NCBI RefSeq assembly: GCF_009834535.1
Contig: NC_045696.1
Location: 27,716,001-27,780,000 of the forward strand
Reading direction: 5' to 3'
Length of the DNA stretch: 64,000 nt
Source of the DNA: Camelus ferus
Lineage: Eukaryota
A program made the translations under genes and the position numbers. Numbering within the stretch: position 1 is the stretch's first letter; every line of letters starts with the position of its first letter. The notes under the pieces are model-generated. The model was not told the DNA's origin, did not search any database, and saw only the letters and a program-made list of their open reading frames with translations. Shown here one piece after another: positions 25,322 through 38,635 of the stretch.

Positions 25322-27005
25322 ATGCTCATTTATTTAATAGATATTCACTGAGTCCATATCATGTGCCAGAAATGATACTAAGTGTTGGTAAATAGTGTGG
25401 TTTCTGCTCCCATTGATTCTATACTCTAGAGGTGACCGATATTAAATCAGCACGCAGGTTACATGAAATTGATCATTGTAACAAGTGATAGGAGGAAAAG
25501 AAGGATAGAGGTAATTTTGCTGGATGAAGGGCTTTTCAGGGAAGGCTGCCCTAAGGAAATGACGTACAAGCTGAGATATAAAGAGTGAGTAGGAGTCATT
25601 CATAGGAAACATCGTGGAGGGCAAGGGTGATATGTGTTAGGTAGTGAGTGTGAAAGAACATCAGAGGGAATGGCAAGTCTAAAAACCCTATAGGTAAGAC
25701 AAATTCCATGTTCGAGGAACTCTCAGAGGCCAGTGGTTGGGATATAATGAATGACAAGATGAGTTAAAAGAGGAGTCTATTAGAACATCCACGATCATGT
25801 AGGCCATGGTAAATAATTTTGTCATTGACTTACAAGTGAGAGAATGCCACCTAAGTGTTTTAAACCAAGTTGTCCATATTTTTAAAAAATGATCATTCTG
25901 TCTATTTACTGGAGGGTGGATTATAGTATGCAAAAGTTCACCTAGAATTCAGAATATTACCTTAGGATAAAAGGCGATGTTGCTTTGACTACTGTGGTGG
26001 CAACAGAGACAGAAAAAAATAGATGGATTCAAGACATATCTGTTTTTTTGTAAGAGGTGAGGAGAAAAAAGTTTTAAGAACGATTACCGGTGTTCTGGCT
26101 TGCACATGGTGGTGGCTGGATGTGATATTATAGAAACAGAGAAGATGAATGAGTTGCAGGTTTATGGAAGCAGTTTAAAGCTGAATAGATATAGCAAGGT
26201 TTGGGACATGCTAAGTTTGAGTTATTCGTGAAACACAAAATAGATCCCTCAAGTAGACAGCTACATACGAAATGTGACATTCAGGAGAGAGTATGGATTG
26301 GATGCAAAATTTTGAGTCTTTGAATATAGATGGTGATGATGATGGTGATGATGGTGATAACTAATGCAAAGCACACTTTCTTCCAATCACTATTTGAAGC
26401 ACTTTACGTAAATTATCTAATTTGATGCTCAGAATGATTTTATGAAGTAGTTACTCCTATCCTCATTTTAAAGGTGGAAAACCTGAGGCACGAAAATCAC
26501 CAGCTGTTAAGTGTGGGGCCAGGATTAGAACCATGGCAGTCTGGATCCAGATTCCATGCTCTCATGTACTACCCTTTGCTGTTCTTCAAAAAAAAGCCAG
26601 GTATAGTCACCCTGCCCTATACACAAAGGATATAGCTTTGATTTTCTATCAGAGAAAGATTATATGTTCAGAAAAAAGATAAAAAGTAGAAATTGTTCCC
26701 TAACCTCTTCTGATTTTAGGATACAAGTCTAATCTCAATCCTCATGCTCACAGGGGAGGATAATCAATATTGAATCAATCCCAATAAAGTGCAGAGGAAG
26801 AAAGAAAGATGCCCAGAACTAATCTCTGGGGAATCCCAAACTGCAGTTTGCTAAAGAAGAGAAGCTGGCTACGAGGTTGAAGTTAGCCAGAGACATAAGA
26901 AGAAAACCAGGGGAATGTGGAATTATACAAGCCAAGAGCCAAGGGAAAAGAGAATTTCAAAAGAATAGAAGGCAACTGTGTCCACTGCTGCTAAGAGATC
27001 TAGGT
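25322..27005 (-). mobile_element. L2 LINE, fragmented (about 25322-26330 and 26790-27005)
   Basis: ctcatttatttaatagatattcactgagtccatatcatgtgccag...cagggaaggctgccctaagg...gtaggccatggtaa...gggacatgctaagtttgag...gaagaaaaccagg...ctgctgctaagagatc are antisense L2 motifs in the expected order. Confidence 0.8.
26355..26572 (-). mobile_element. MIR SINE inserted within L2
   Basis: aagcactttac...atcctcattttaaaggtggaaacctgaggcac...gccaggattagaaccatggcagtctggatccaga. Confidence 0.85.
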
Positions 27006-27059
27006 AGGTTTATTAAAAACACAAGTTCCTCATAAATCAATACTAATTTGAAGGAAGAA

Positions 27060-27230
27060 ATGTTGGAGTAGGTACGGACAGTTGGGATCTTAATCTACTC
27101 CTAGACCTGACTTTATCTAGGTGACCGTCATGGGGCAAGTCCCCTATCTCTCCAGATTTCAGGTTCCTAATCTACAAAATAAGTATGTAAAGATAATTTC
27201 CACTGGTCCTTCCATCCCCTAAATGCTGTT
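27060..27230 (+). mobile_element. MIR3/MIRc-like fragment
   Basis: ggtgaccgtcatggggcaagtcccctatctctccagatttcaggttcctaatctacaaaat...ggtccttccatcccctaaatgct. Confidence 0.6.
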
Positions 27231-28071
27231 TTATTACTTATGGTGAACCAATATTTTACAATAATGATTTGTTGTTAAAATGCCTCTTTCTGAGCAAACA
27301 TTATATTGTTACTCACAGTCATAGAATGGCTTGCAATGGACAGCATACTCTCCATGTGGGAAGTAAGCTTACACACAGATATTATGCAAAAACTCATTTT
27401 TTTTTTTTTAGATGTGGAAGTTACATGAAGATTGGATCACAATAGAATAGTTTCAGATTTCTGCATGGAACATTTTCTTTTTATCCTATCATATGGTCTC
27501 CACTGTCAACACAAAATATATTTATACACAGGGGAGCTTAGAAGGTCCTCAAGTGTCTGGCTTTCATACTCAAAAGTTGTTCAGTTTGGCAAGTTCCTCA
27601 TGTACTTGTGTGTTGGACATTGGCATGTGTGTAGACACGTAAATGCGCATTTGCTGAACAGTGTGCACTTATGTGCAATTCCAAGTGGCATCCACATTTA
27701 ATTGTGTCCTTCTGTCTTCATGAATCTGCACTTAATCTTTTATAATTACACTCTAATGATGAAAACAAAAGAGCATCTTATTCTTTACAGATATGGGGGG
27801 TTGGTTACCATCTGAGTAAATGAGGACAAATTATGTGACCCAACAAAATTGGAAGGGTACCATCTTTCTTCTGATGAAAACAATTGTTCTGCCTCAGTAA
27901 TTTCTAGGTTCAATATCTTCAGTAGTAAGTGATTTTGACATCCCTAGTTATGAAGATTCTGACCTAGAAGGCAAGGCAGTGTTATGTTAGAGAATAGCAG
28001 GATACAATGATAAAGCAGCTATTATGGTTTCTGTTAACACACCAAAACACTTTTAATATTACCTGCAGATA

Positions 28072-28335
28072 CAGCAGATCAGTGTAGTGATTACACGTCA
28101 GATGGATTTAGGCTTAACATCTTGGATTTACCAAGTGCTAGTCATGTGATCTTTTACAGGTTATTTGGCTTCTCCAGTTATCAGCAATGTCATCATTAAA
28201 GGGGGAATAATATTAATACCCACTTCATAGGCCTGTTGCGAGAACAAAAAACGATAGTGTACATAAAATTCTAAATACAGTGCTGGGCACACAGTAAGTA
28301 GTCAGTTATTGGTAGATGTTTTCATTATCATTTTA
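28072..28335 (+). mobile_element. MIR SINE
   Basis: agtgtagtgatta...gctagtcatgtgatctt...aataatattaatacccacttcataggcctgttgcgag...acagtgctgggcacacagtaagt. Confidence 0.8.
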
Positions 28336-29029
28336 CTAATCCTATTGTTAGAATTGTCCCAACATTGTAGAGTGATGTTGTAAGGAATGAGCAAGGAGAA
28401 TACGTAAGTGAAACTAATTAAATATATTGCATATTACAGATCAGAAATTGATATGGACTGGAGCCAAGAGCAGGGAAAGTCTGATTGTCATCGTGTCACA
28501 CTGTTCTTTCATTTTCACAAGATTTTTTTTTTTTACTTTTTGAAAGTTTGTTCTGTAAAAATATATTTAATGGACTTGTTACTATATTATGAAAAATAAA
28601 GACTCATAAAATGAAAACTGTTTTCAATAAGTGATATCCGTGAAATCAAGGACAATTTTGTGGAGTTTCCATTACAACAATTTCCATTGGCAACAAAAAT
28701 GTAAGTAGAAATTAGGTTCATAAAATTGCTTGGAGTTCCTATGGTCAATGAACACTTGTTGAGTGATTGACTTATTCTATGGCATTTAGAAATTTTTCTT
28801 TTGTTTTTCAGAAACCCCAAAGCCTTATTTAGAAAAGTTATACAGCAAATTAGATGCTAATGTCTCCTTTATCATAAATTCAGAATATGATCCATTATTA
28901 GGATTTATTTATTAATTTATGTCTTTCCTATTTATCATGAACTCCAAATATCAGAGAGAAGAGTATTATTAAATCTTTTTTTAATCTCTAGAATGTTAAG
29001 CATGCTAATTAATTAATTAATTAACTGGC

Positions 29030-29410
29030 ACATTTATTTAGTTATTCATTAAATAAAAGCTTATTGAGTACCTATTTTATGCCAGACATTGGATAATGCA
29101 TAGTGGACTTAAGGACTTAAAGATGAAAAGTCATAGCCTCTACCTGCAAGAATTTCTACATATATATGCAATATGTGTGTTTGAATACAATATGTGTAGA
29201 GAACATTTGTACTACACATGCATACAAATCTATATATGTATGCAAACAACCACAGTATAAGCCAGACTGCACCAAGAATGAGCAGTGGGTAAGGATACAC
29301 TGTAGAAACGTGACTGAATCTTTCCAACAGAACTGATGACGTTTTCTCAGAAAATGTGGCATCCAGCTAGTGTCAGAAGGATGAGGAGGATTTTATCCAG
29401 TTGGAGAAAA
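29030..29410 (-). mobile_element. L2 3' fragment
   Basis: attcattaaataaaagcttattgagtacctattttatgccagacattg...agcctctacctgcaagaattt. Confidence 0.7.
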
Positions 29411-30112
29411 GGGAAGAGAAGGATGGGGTGAGAGGAAGGCTATCCCCCAAAGATAAATCCAAAACACACACACACAAAATAAAGAGCATGGAGACAAAAG
29501 AGTGATTGGAAATAAAGAATTTTGACGGCATGGAAGTAATACAGAGTTATTCCCCAGACCTGCTAGTGAGCTAACAAGTGATCACAGCAGTCATCCAATT
29601 TTCAGTTATATGGGTTATTAAGAGCAAATGGGATAGGCACTATTCTAACACATGCAACATAATGAATGAGGTTCAGCCTTACAGGAGAAGGGTTTGAGAT
29701 TTGCCACTAATACATGACGTACTTTTTAACATGTCTCTCTATAGTTCTAAGTCAAGTGCCTCTGGGACCATCCACTGGCAACATAGAGGGCGATTTAATA
29801 GTTTCTCCAGGTTACCTCTTCTTGTTTTAAGAATATTGAATATACAACTATGGGATATCCAGATCCAGGAAATATTTCAGTCTATTTGTGCTATTTCAAT
29901 GCTTCAGATAGGGCTTCTCTCTCTCAGAGTTTGAGTTACTTAGATGACGCCATGCTTTTAAATAACCTTATTCTGATAGCTTGTTTTCCAGTGGTGTGAC
30001 TGTCGATAACAGTACACTTAAATTGTGCTGCTCTTTCATACTCCTGTATGATAAACTAGTAAACACATACTTATCTTTCTCATAGAGGTGTTGTGATAAT
30101 CCAGAAGAAGGG

Positions 30113-30146
30113 GAATGCATGAATGAATGAATGAATGAATGAATGA
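30113..30146. repeat. (ATGA)n microsatellite
   Basis: gaatgcatgaatgaatgaatgaatgaatgaatga seen directly. Confidence 0.9.
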
Positions 30147-32688
30147 CTCAGTCCTTGAGTGCCTTGTAAGAAATTCAGGCACAAATTGGGGCTATTGTCT
30201 ATCACTCTTGCTGATTAGATTTAAAGCACTAGAATACTGAAATACCCACAAGTGTTGATAATTTGTAATTTATTATTTTTAACCTTTTTAATGAATGGAA
30301 GACTCAAGACACTTCTAAGAACAGAAATAACTAAAGTAGCCCCTTAAAACCAGTGTAATTTTTAACCAGTATGCTTCTGTGACATCTAGGGAAGTTGACT
30401 CCTACACGTTAATAATAATGCTGACCCGGCTTTAAGTGTAATTTTACAAGTTATCTCTCATGTAGATAGATGTGTTGCTTCACCTTCTTTAGTGTGTTCA
30501 TTATGGTTTATCTCAGTCTGAGTGGTTTAGTTTTTGATGTGTATTTGGATCAACAGCTGTATACGTTTAAAAGCCAACTATCATTTTTTATTTTTACCCA
30601 GTCTTCCTGAATGCCCAATTAATTAAAATAATATTTCCATGAGCTACATATTTTAGGATGTGATTTTAATCTAATGACACATTTTTCTTTGTGGTTTGAG
30701 AATTCAACTGCCAGTGCTTTATTGTCATTATCATTATAAAATTTTAGTTAAAACTCAGCTACTTGTGTAATTCACATAAACTTTTTACGGCAAAAGAAAA
30801 GAGATCTTGTCCAGAAGTACATGAAGTGAGGGTGACTGATGTAAATTTTTCTACATTTCTTTCAACTCTAAGAACTTTTTATTAAATTTAAATGGTTACT
30901 CTGGTTGTAGGAATGAGACAAAATGGAAGTAGAGAGTGAACACAAATATCAAACAAAAGATATTTTTAAAAATGAAGTGTCAATGCTGTAACCGTAGGAA
31001 GATGAGAAACAGAGCCATTTATATGAAGCAAAGCAGAGGAGCAATCATGTACAGGGTCAAGGCAGGTGAAGTAAAGGAGCGAAAAGTATTGTAATGAGTG
31101 GAAACAGAAAAGGATTAGTCATCATTAAATTCAACGAAGTCTCATGGTTAGTGATTTTTTCGTGTCTGTGGAGAAAGATGAGGAAGCATCTGCTGAACTC
31201 ATATGACATAGTTCTGAATGAAAGGACTGGTTTTGACATATTTGATTTTGTAAAAATGCGTTTGTGGAAAGAGATACTTATTTGCTTCTTGTTCTTGTTA
31301 ACTATTGATAGAAAATAAGCAGGAACATTAGAAAACGCCATTTAAGGATTAAAAAATACTTAGACATTTCTTGGTACCCTAATTTCCTAACTCTTCTAAC
31401 ATGAGTCTAGACGCACTAGACAATGGAGTAAATGACATAAAAGAAGGAAGACTAAATGCTGTATTTATAATAAGAAAACACATTCTGAGCAGTGTTACAG
31501 AGAAGTGCCAATTAAGGTGAAATTTTGAGAGTAGGTAAGTGTGAGAAAATTTGTTTTAGAAAGAAGAATGTGTGCAAGAGCAAATAGCCGTGGCTGTGCA
31601 ATGCCTGGCTAGGAAATGGCAAATCATCTAATGCAGCATGAGAAATCCACTAACCATGAGCTAACTGAACAGCTATGTTCATCACATTCTTGTGTATGTA
31701 AAATAAATAGGGAAAACATTTTGAAAGGGTAACTTCAAAAACAGTTTTAAAAAATCTTTGGTATTAAGAGGTCAGTCCTTAGCTCTCGTGACAATGATGC
31801 TTTGCATTTTACGGAGCACTTTTGTATACTTGTTTTTTGTTATGTTATGCATTTGCTACATAAAATGGTTCATGCGCTGAAGTTTCTAGATAACTGGATG
31901 ACTTTTTGTTATTGTTGTTTTTTGGGTTTTTTTGGTAAATGAAAACAGAATAAAGACTCTGGATCTGCAGGAAATACTTTGCATTGAATACTTGTTCAGT
32001 TCCTGCATTATCTGTATGGCCGCAGAGGATAGAATAAGAAAGACTCGTTTAACATCAGGAAAGACATTTGACAGACCTGCATTCTGTCACCATATCTGTG
32101 CTGTATGTAGTCCGTGATAGCTAAAAGAATTTAAATGAAAGAAACTGAATGTCATCATTTTGCTTGGAAGAATAACTTGCAAGTGCACACAGGGAACATT
32201 AAAAAAAAATTTAAAGGCTTATTTATTAAAAGAAGAAGATAGTCTGTTTTTAGAAAATCTTTAACATTTAAATATTGTATTAGTAACATACATAGAGTCA
32301 TATATTATTATAACATTAATAATAATGTTAATATTCTACTAGCATTATACTAGCATTAATAATCTAGTATTTTAAAGATCACTCCATTACATTATGTGAA
32401 AAGATTGGCATTCCATGCAAATGTGAAAATCATTGAGAAAAGTCTATTTATAATATTACTCTTGATTGAACATTAAATATAAGAGCAATGTATTGATAAA
32501 TAAAATGTATGCTTTCCTTTAAATTTTGAAATATTACTGAGAAAAACATTGCACTCTACAAACTTTCTTGCATCATTCCCCAAATTCAATCAGTTATGGA
32601 TTCCTGTTCCCTACCTACCAAATCTATCCTTTGTTTAGTCTCTCTGTTTCTTAATATCCCAGCTCCAGTGATTATCAACATAGCTCTG

Positions 32689-33073
32689 TATTATGCATTG
32701 CATGTTTGTGCCCTTTCCTCTCGATTCATATGTTGAAGACTTAACCCCAATGTGATGTTATTAGGAGGAATGGCTTTTGGCACGTAATTAGATTCAGATG
32801 AGGTCATAGGGCTGAAGCTCCCATAATGGGTTTGGTGCCCTTATAAAATGAGGAGGAGACACCAGAGCTTTCAATTTCTCTGATTGAAAGTGGGGACTCA
32901 GGAATAAATTTGGTCCATTTGTGGGCCAGAAAGTGGGTCTTCAACAGAACCCAATCATACTGGCACCCTAATATTGGACTTCCCAGCCTCCCAAACTTGG
33001 AGAAATAAATGTCTGTAATTTAAGCTATCTAGTCAACGGAATTTTGTTATAGCAGCCAAAGCAGGCTAAGACA
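32689..33073 (+). mobile_element. MLT1A-type MaLR solo LTR inserted in L2
   Basis: attcatatgttgaagacttaaccccaatgtgatgttattaggagg...gtgcccttataaaa...ggacttcccagcctcc...gagaaataaatgtctg...tttgttatagcagccaaagcaggctaagaca. L2-like sequence on both sides. Confidence 0.9.
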
Positions 33074-33309
33074 TCTTGGATTCTTGTAAAAAACCATCTA
33101 ACTGCTTTATGTTCAAAGACAAAATGATATTTAAAAGTGCTTAACTGATTTCTAACTCTCTTGTTTTAAACCTCAATGGGCTTCCATTGTCCTTGTGGGA
33201 AAATTGCTATTTTTACAACTGGCCCTGGCCTTTTCACTTGCCGCTGTCACCTTTCCATTTTTATGGTTTGTCAGTAGAGACAACATATTTGTAAGGTTTA
33301 ATACACATA

Positions 33310-33770
33310 AAACAATAGCAAATGCTTTCATAGTGCTTACATATATCACATATTCTTTTAAGCAACTTCAATGTATTAACTCATTTAACACACAATTCTA
33401 TGGGTAGGTGCTATTACAAATGCTACTTACTAATGGGTGAAACTGAGGCATGTAAAGACAGAGAAACTTGTCCAAGTTCAGGCAGTAAAAAACTCACTTA
33501 GGCATTATATCAACATTTGTGCTCAGAAACACTTCTGGGGTTTGGAGTCAGCCAGATCAAATTTAAAATGCTGAATCATCCTCTTTACTGGATGGTAACA
33601 TTGGGAAAATAATTAATAACTCTAGTCCCCATTTTTTTCAACTGAAAAATCAGTAAATAATCTTTTTCAGAAGGCTGTTGAGGATAACTTGAGATAATGC
33701 TTTTAAAGAACAAACCACAGTACTTATCATTTCATAAATATTCATAAATACTAGGTATTGTTTTGTTATC
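33310..33770. mobile_element. Two MIR SINEs in opposite orientation (about 33310-33490 -, 33520-33770 +)
   Basis: attaactcatttaac...ggtgaaactgaggca...aacttgtccaag (antisense), then tttggagtcagccaga...ttgggaaaataattaa...ggctgttgaggataac (sense). Confidence 0.75.
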
Positions 33771-33829
33771 ATTATGATGTAACAATCATTATCTTTTTCA
33801 GTACCCTGGTTGAGTATGCTATATAATAT

Positions 33830-34200
33830 CTATGGAACTTTACAACTGCTATTCCCCTTCCAAGTAATATGTTATCTTTCAACTTTTCTTCTTTTGCTTG
33901 GATAACTCTTATTTGTCCTTCAGGTCTCAGTGTAGATGTCACTACTTCTATAAAACTGTCCATAATTCCTTAAGTCTAGAGCATAAGCCCTCTTAATAGA
34001 ATTGTGTATTATTCACTCTCTTTAACTGCAATTATATTTATATATATAATATATATAATATATAATAATGATAAATATATATATATAATATATATATATA
34101 GATGAGTCCTCAATAACTAAAAAGTTTTTAATATGACAGCTTCTTGTTCATTGTTGGTATCTCCAGTTTCTGAACATTGGTTGAAATATAGTAAGTCTGG
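33830..34200 (+). mobile_element. L2 3' end containing an AT-rich (TA)n-like tract (about 34033-34100)
   Basis: tccttcaggtctcagtgtagatgtcactacttc...ttgttcattgttggtatctccag...aaatatagtaag. Confidence 0.75.
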
Positions 34201-36039
34201 ACTTAAAGAAATGGAAAGATATCCCATGCACTTGGACTGGAAGAATTAATATTGTTAAAATGACCATAATACCAAAAGCAATCTACAGATTTAATGCAAT
34301 CCCTATCAAATTACCCTGAACATTTTTGCAGAACTAGAACAAATAGTCCTAAAATTTATGTGACAGATAATCCTGAAATTTACATGGAACTGCAAAGGAC
34401 TTAAAATTGACAAGGAAATTCTGAGGAAAAAGAACAAAGCTGGAGGCATAGCCTCCCCAATTTTAGACAATACTTCAAAGCTACAGTAATCAAAACAGTA
34501 AGGGTACTGGCACAAAAACAGACATATGGATCAATGAAACAGAATAGAGAGCCCAGAAATAAACCCACACACCTACAGATAATTGATCTTTGACAAAGGA
34601 GGCAAGAATATACAATGGAGAAAAGAATGTCTCTTCAGCAAGTGGTGTTGGGAAAGCTGGACAGCTGCATGTAAATCAATGAAGTTAAAATACTCCATCT
34701 ACCATACACAAAAATAAACTCAAAATGGCATAAAGACTTAAACATAAGACATGACACCATAAAATTCCTAGAAGAGAACATAGGCAAAATATTCTTTGCT
34801 GTAAATAGTAGCAATGTTTTCTTAGGTCAGTCTCCCAAGGCAAAAGAAATAAAAGCAAAAATAAACATATAGGGCCTAATCAAACATATAAGCTTTTACA
34901 CAGCAAAGGAAGCCATAAACAAAATGAAAAGACAACCTACGAACTGGGAGAAAACATTTGCAAACAACACAACTGACAAGGGATTAATTTCCAAAATATA
35001 CAAACAGCTCATACAACTCAGTATCAAAACAAACAAACAAACAACCCAAACAAAAAATGGGCAAAAGACCTAAATAGACATTTCTCCAGAGAAGATATAC
35101 AGATGGTTAACAGGCACATGAAAAGATGCTCCACATTGCTAATTATTAGAGAAATGCAAATCAAACCTATACTGCAGTATCAACTCACACAGGTCAGAAT
35201 GGCCATCACCAAAAAGTCTGTAAGTAATAAAGGCTGAAGAGGGTGTGGAGAAAAGGGGACCCTCTTACCAATAGAGGATTCCCACTGTTGGTGGGAAGGT
35301 AAGTTGGTGGAGCCACTATGGGGAACAGTATGGAGGTTCCTTAAAAAACTAAAAATAGAGTTACCATATGATTCAGCAATCCCACTCCTATGCATATATC
35401 CAGAAAAGATGGAAACTCTAATTTGAAAAGGTACATGCACCCCAATGTTCATAGCAGCACTATTTACAACAGCCAAGACATGAAAGTGACCTAAATGTCC
35501 ACCAACAGATGACTGGATAAAGACATGCTCTATATATATGTGTGTGTATGTGTATATATGTGTGTGTGTGTAATGGAATATTACTCAGCCATAAAAAGAA
35601 TGAAATAATGCTATTTGCAGCAACATATATGTACCTAGAGATGATCATACTAAATGAAGTAAGTCAGAAAGAGAAAGACAAGTATCATATGATATCATTT
35701 ATATGTGGAATCCAAAAAATGATACAAATTAACTTATTTACAAAACAGAAGCAGACCCACAGACACAGAAAACAAATGAACAAATTTACAGTTACCAAGG
35801 GGAAAGGAAGGGATAAATTAGGAGTCTGGGATGCACAGATACACCTTACTATATATAAATAGATAAACAACAAGTACCTACTATATAGCACAGGGAACTA
35901 TATTCAATATCTTATAATAACATATAATGGAAAATAATCTGAAAAAAGAATATATACACATACACACACATATAATTGAATCATTCTGCTGTACATCTGA
36001 AATTAACACAACGTTGTAAATCAACTATACTTCAATAAC
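34201..36039 (+). mobile_element. 5'-truncated artiodactyl-type LINE-1 (ORF2 3' part and 3' UTR) with TSD
   Basis: aaatggaaagatatcccatg...gcaatctacagatttaatgcaatccctatcaaa...cacagggaactatattcaatatctt...tcaactatacttcaataa. TSD aaatatagtaagtctgg (34184-34200) and aaatatagtagatttgg (36040-36056) match 14/17. Confidence 0.95.
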
Positions 36040-37739
36040 AAATATAGTAGATTTGGTAAATACTTATTTGTGGTATAAATGTGGAATGGGGAATAAACGA
36101 ATGATTGAAATGATCTACCTTAGAGACTATCTTTACACACTCCTGCATTTTGTCCGAGGGCTACAAATAATCCAGTGGGGTCTAGTAGAACCTAAGGTGG
36201 ATCTGGGACAAATAGAAATTCAGAGAAAGTTGGCAATAAATTAAAAAACTTAATCCACTCTTTGATTTTTATACTATTGTTTCCACAGGCGATTAGAGAG
36301 CATAGCCAAGCTGACCACAAGGAAACCTGACCTCAGGAAACCTCAGCTGAGCATCAGGAAAATTCTATTAATCTACATGAAAAATCAGAAATGGAATTGA
36401 GGTCAACTAAGAAATCAAAAAGAAGAAAGAGATAACAGCACCAAAAAGTCACTATTTTATTAAAAAAAAATATTCTCAAAGAAATTATACTCCCCAAACG
36501 CAGATACTACCATGGCGCACACACTAGCAAGCTTGTAGTTCAATAACTTTGGTATTTTCTTCTAGTCTCACTGATTAAACTCAGTACATTGGAATGTGCA
36601 ACAGAATATTTGAGGAGCACATTTTAAATGTCACAATTTATTTTTCAGTTCCTTAGGCCTTCACTAATTTTAGTTTCCAAAACCTTGTTCTTCATTCACA
36701 AGCTATAAAATTTCCTTTAAGACCTGTTTAATGGTAGTGTCAAATGAGTTCACCATTTAATGGGATTGGCTGTTCTCCTAAGTGCAAAGGACTTCCTTGC
36801 ACCCTCTCATCCAGCTGCCTGGCCGTATGCAGTTCTCATTTCCACCCTCTATTGCCTCAGTTCCTCAAGGGAAAAAATATCTGCCTACCTCCTAGAGGTG
36901 TTGCAAGGATTAATAAATTGCAAGGCACACTGAAAATTTTGGATAAAATACACTCTGACAGACTGAAGTATTACCATGACCACAAGTATCATTTCCAGAT
37001 GCCGCAGATCCAAGGACAAGAGAGCAGGTCTGGAAATCTCATCCAAGCCTCCCACATGGAGGGTTATTGCCAGGCCAAAGAGTTACATTTTGATATTTAA
37101 ATATCAGTGGCTTTATATCAAAGCCATCTTGCTGAGAGAGATTTTGTCTGGACACGTAAAGTGCCTCAATTGGCACAACAAAAGGCAACAGCCCTGAGTC
37201 ATTAAGCCTCTAAAACCACAAGCAACACTATTCCCAGGAAAGAGTTTATCTCTATTAGAAATCAAAGAGAACTTCCCTTTCCATTTAAACTGATAACTCA
37301 AAATTATAAATGGCCAGCTTCAGTAGACCGGCTCTTTCTGTAGTCGAGAGGGTCACAGATTCCTTGAAATCTGAGAAGTCTCACTGAAAGGGATACTGAA
37401 GTTGGGTTAGTGCTCCCAAGTGAATCTTAGCAGGACATTTGTCTGATTTTGGACATGAGCAGACTTATTGTTTCAAGGAGCTCAATGGAAGTCAAATATA
37501 AAAATGTGTATGCTAAACAACTTGAATATTTATCAGTGAAACTGGTGGATCCCCAAACTGTGTGGTTCCTTTATATTTGTATCTCTGTGAGTATAACGAT
37601 TCAAATGTTTTGTTGTTTGGGGGTTTTGGGGGAACCACAGGTGCAGAGAGTCAATCATACTTTATAGTTCCCGGCACAATGTATCATTGCTAGTGTGAAG
37701 GCCATCTTTTATTCGGCTTCTTTGTTCATTCCTTTCTTT

Positions 37740-38635
37740 CTATTCCTCTTCCCCATTCCCCACTGTCTTGACCCTCCCCTCACTTTGGCATTAATCCTAG
37801 TGTATTTGATGAATACCCTTTTATTTTAATGTGTTCTCTTTAAATATTGTGCTTTATGTGCATCTATTTAAAAAAAAAACAAATTTTATTTGCTATAGAT
37901 ACTTTTTCTTATTCTTTTTTTTTTAACTCAGTGTGGTGTTTTAAAGATCTACTCCTATTGCTGTAGGAATATCTGGTATGTTACCTCTAACTCGTGTGTG
38001 TACTTTTTAGTGTACAGCCTCCATCCTTTACTTACCTATCCCCCAGGGACAGGCACTTCAATTGCCTCCAACTTCTCGATAGTACGAGCAACACTGAGAA
38101 GAACATTCCTTTATGTGTCCTGTCACAGCCTGTATGAGACTTTCTCCCCGACATGTTTTGTGGTGGGTTGCAGAGTTATATAGTAGGTATGTGAACTTGA
38201 TTGGATTAAACCTGTCTCAGATTGCTTTTCAGGATGATGGCATAATTCCACAATATGTTCAGGAGGTTTCCTATTTCCTGCTGCTCCTTCCAACACTTGG
38301 CATTATCCAGCTTTCTAAATTTTGCTAATCTCATGGGTGTAAAGTGATATGCTATTGTTGTTCTAATTAGCATGTCTCTAATTCCCAGTGGGTCTGAGCA
38401 TATTTCAAGTTTGTTGCTTTTGGGTTTCCTAATGACAAATTGCTTTTTTATAACTTGGCCTATATTTTTCTCATGGTTCCTGCCCTTTTCACTTTTCCTT
38501 TTTTTTTTGTTTTTACTTGTATAAATTACTTTTATATTTTAGATATAACTCCCTTGTGGATTTTTGACTGTAAGTGTGTCTTCTTGCAACCTTCCATCTG
38601 TCTCTTAACTTTTCATGGGCTCTTTCCGTGAACAG
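37740..38635 (-). mobile_element. Old L1M (L1MD/ME-like) fragment
   Basis: ttttaaagatctactcctattgctg...agattgcttttcagg...ccaacacttggcattatccagctttctaaattttgctaatctcatgggtgtaaagtgatat...ttatattttagatataactccc. Confidence 0.8.

Noticed and set aside
35180..35891. Several 60-106 aa ORFs
   Set aside because: Sense and antisense translations of the L1 ORF2 end and 3' UTR.
36289..37100. Plus-strand acceptors at about 36289 and 36999 and the 118-aa ORF 36744..37100
   Set aside because: The ORF overlaps MIR-like sequence, no good donors were found, and the peptide is not recognisable.
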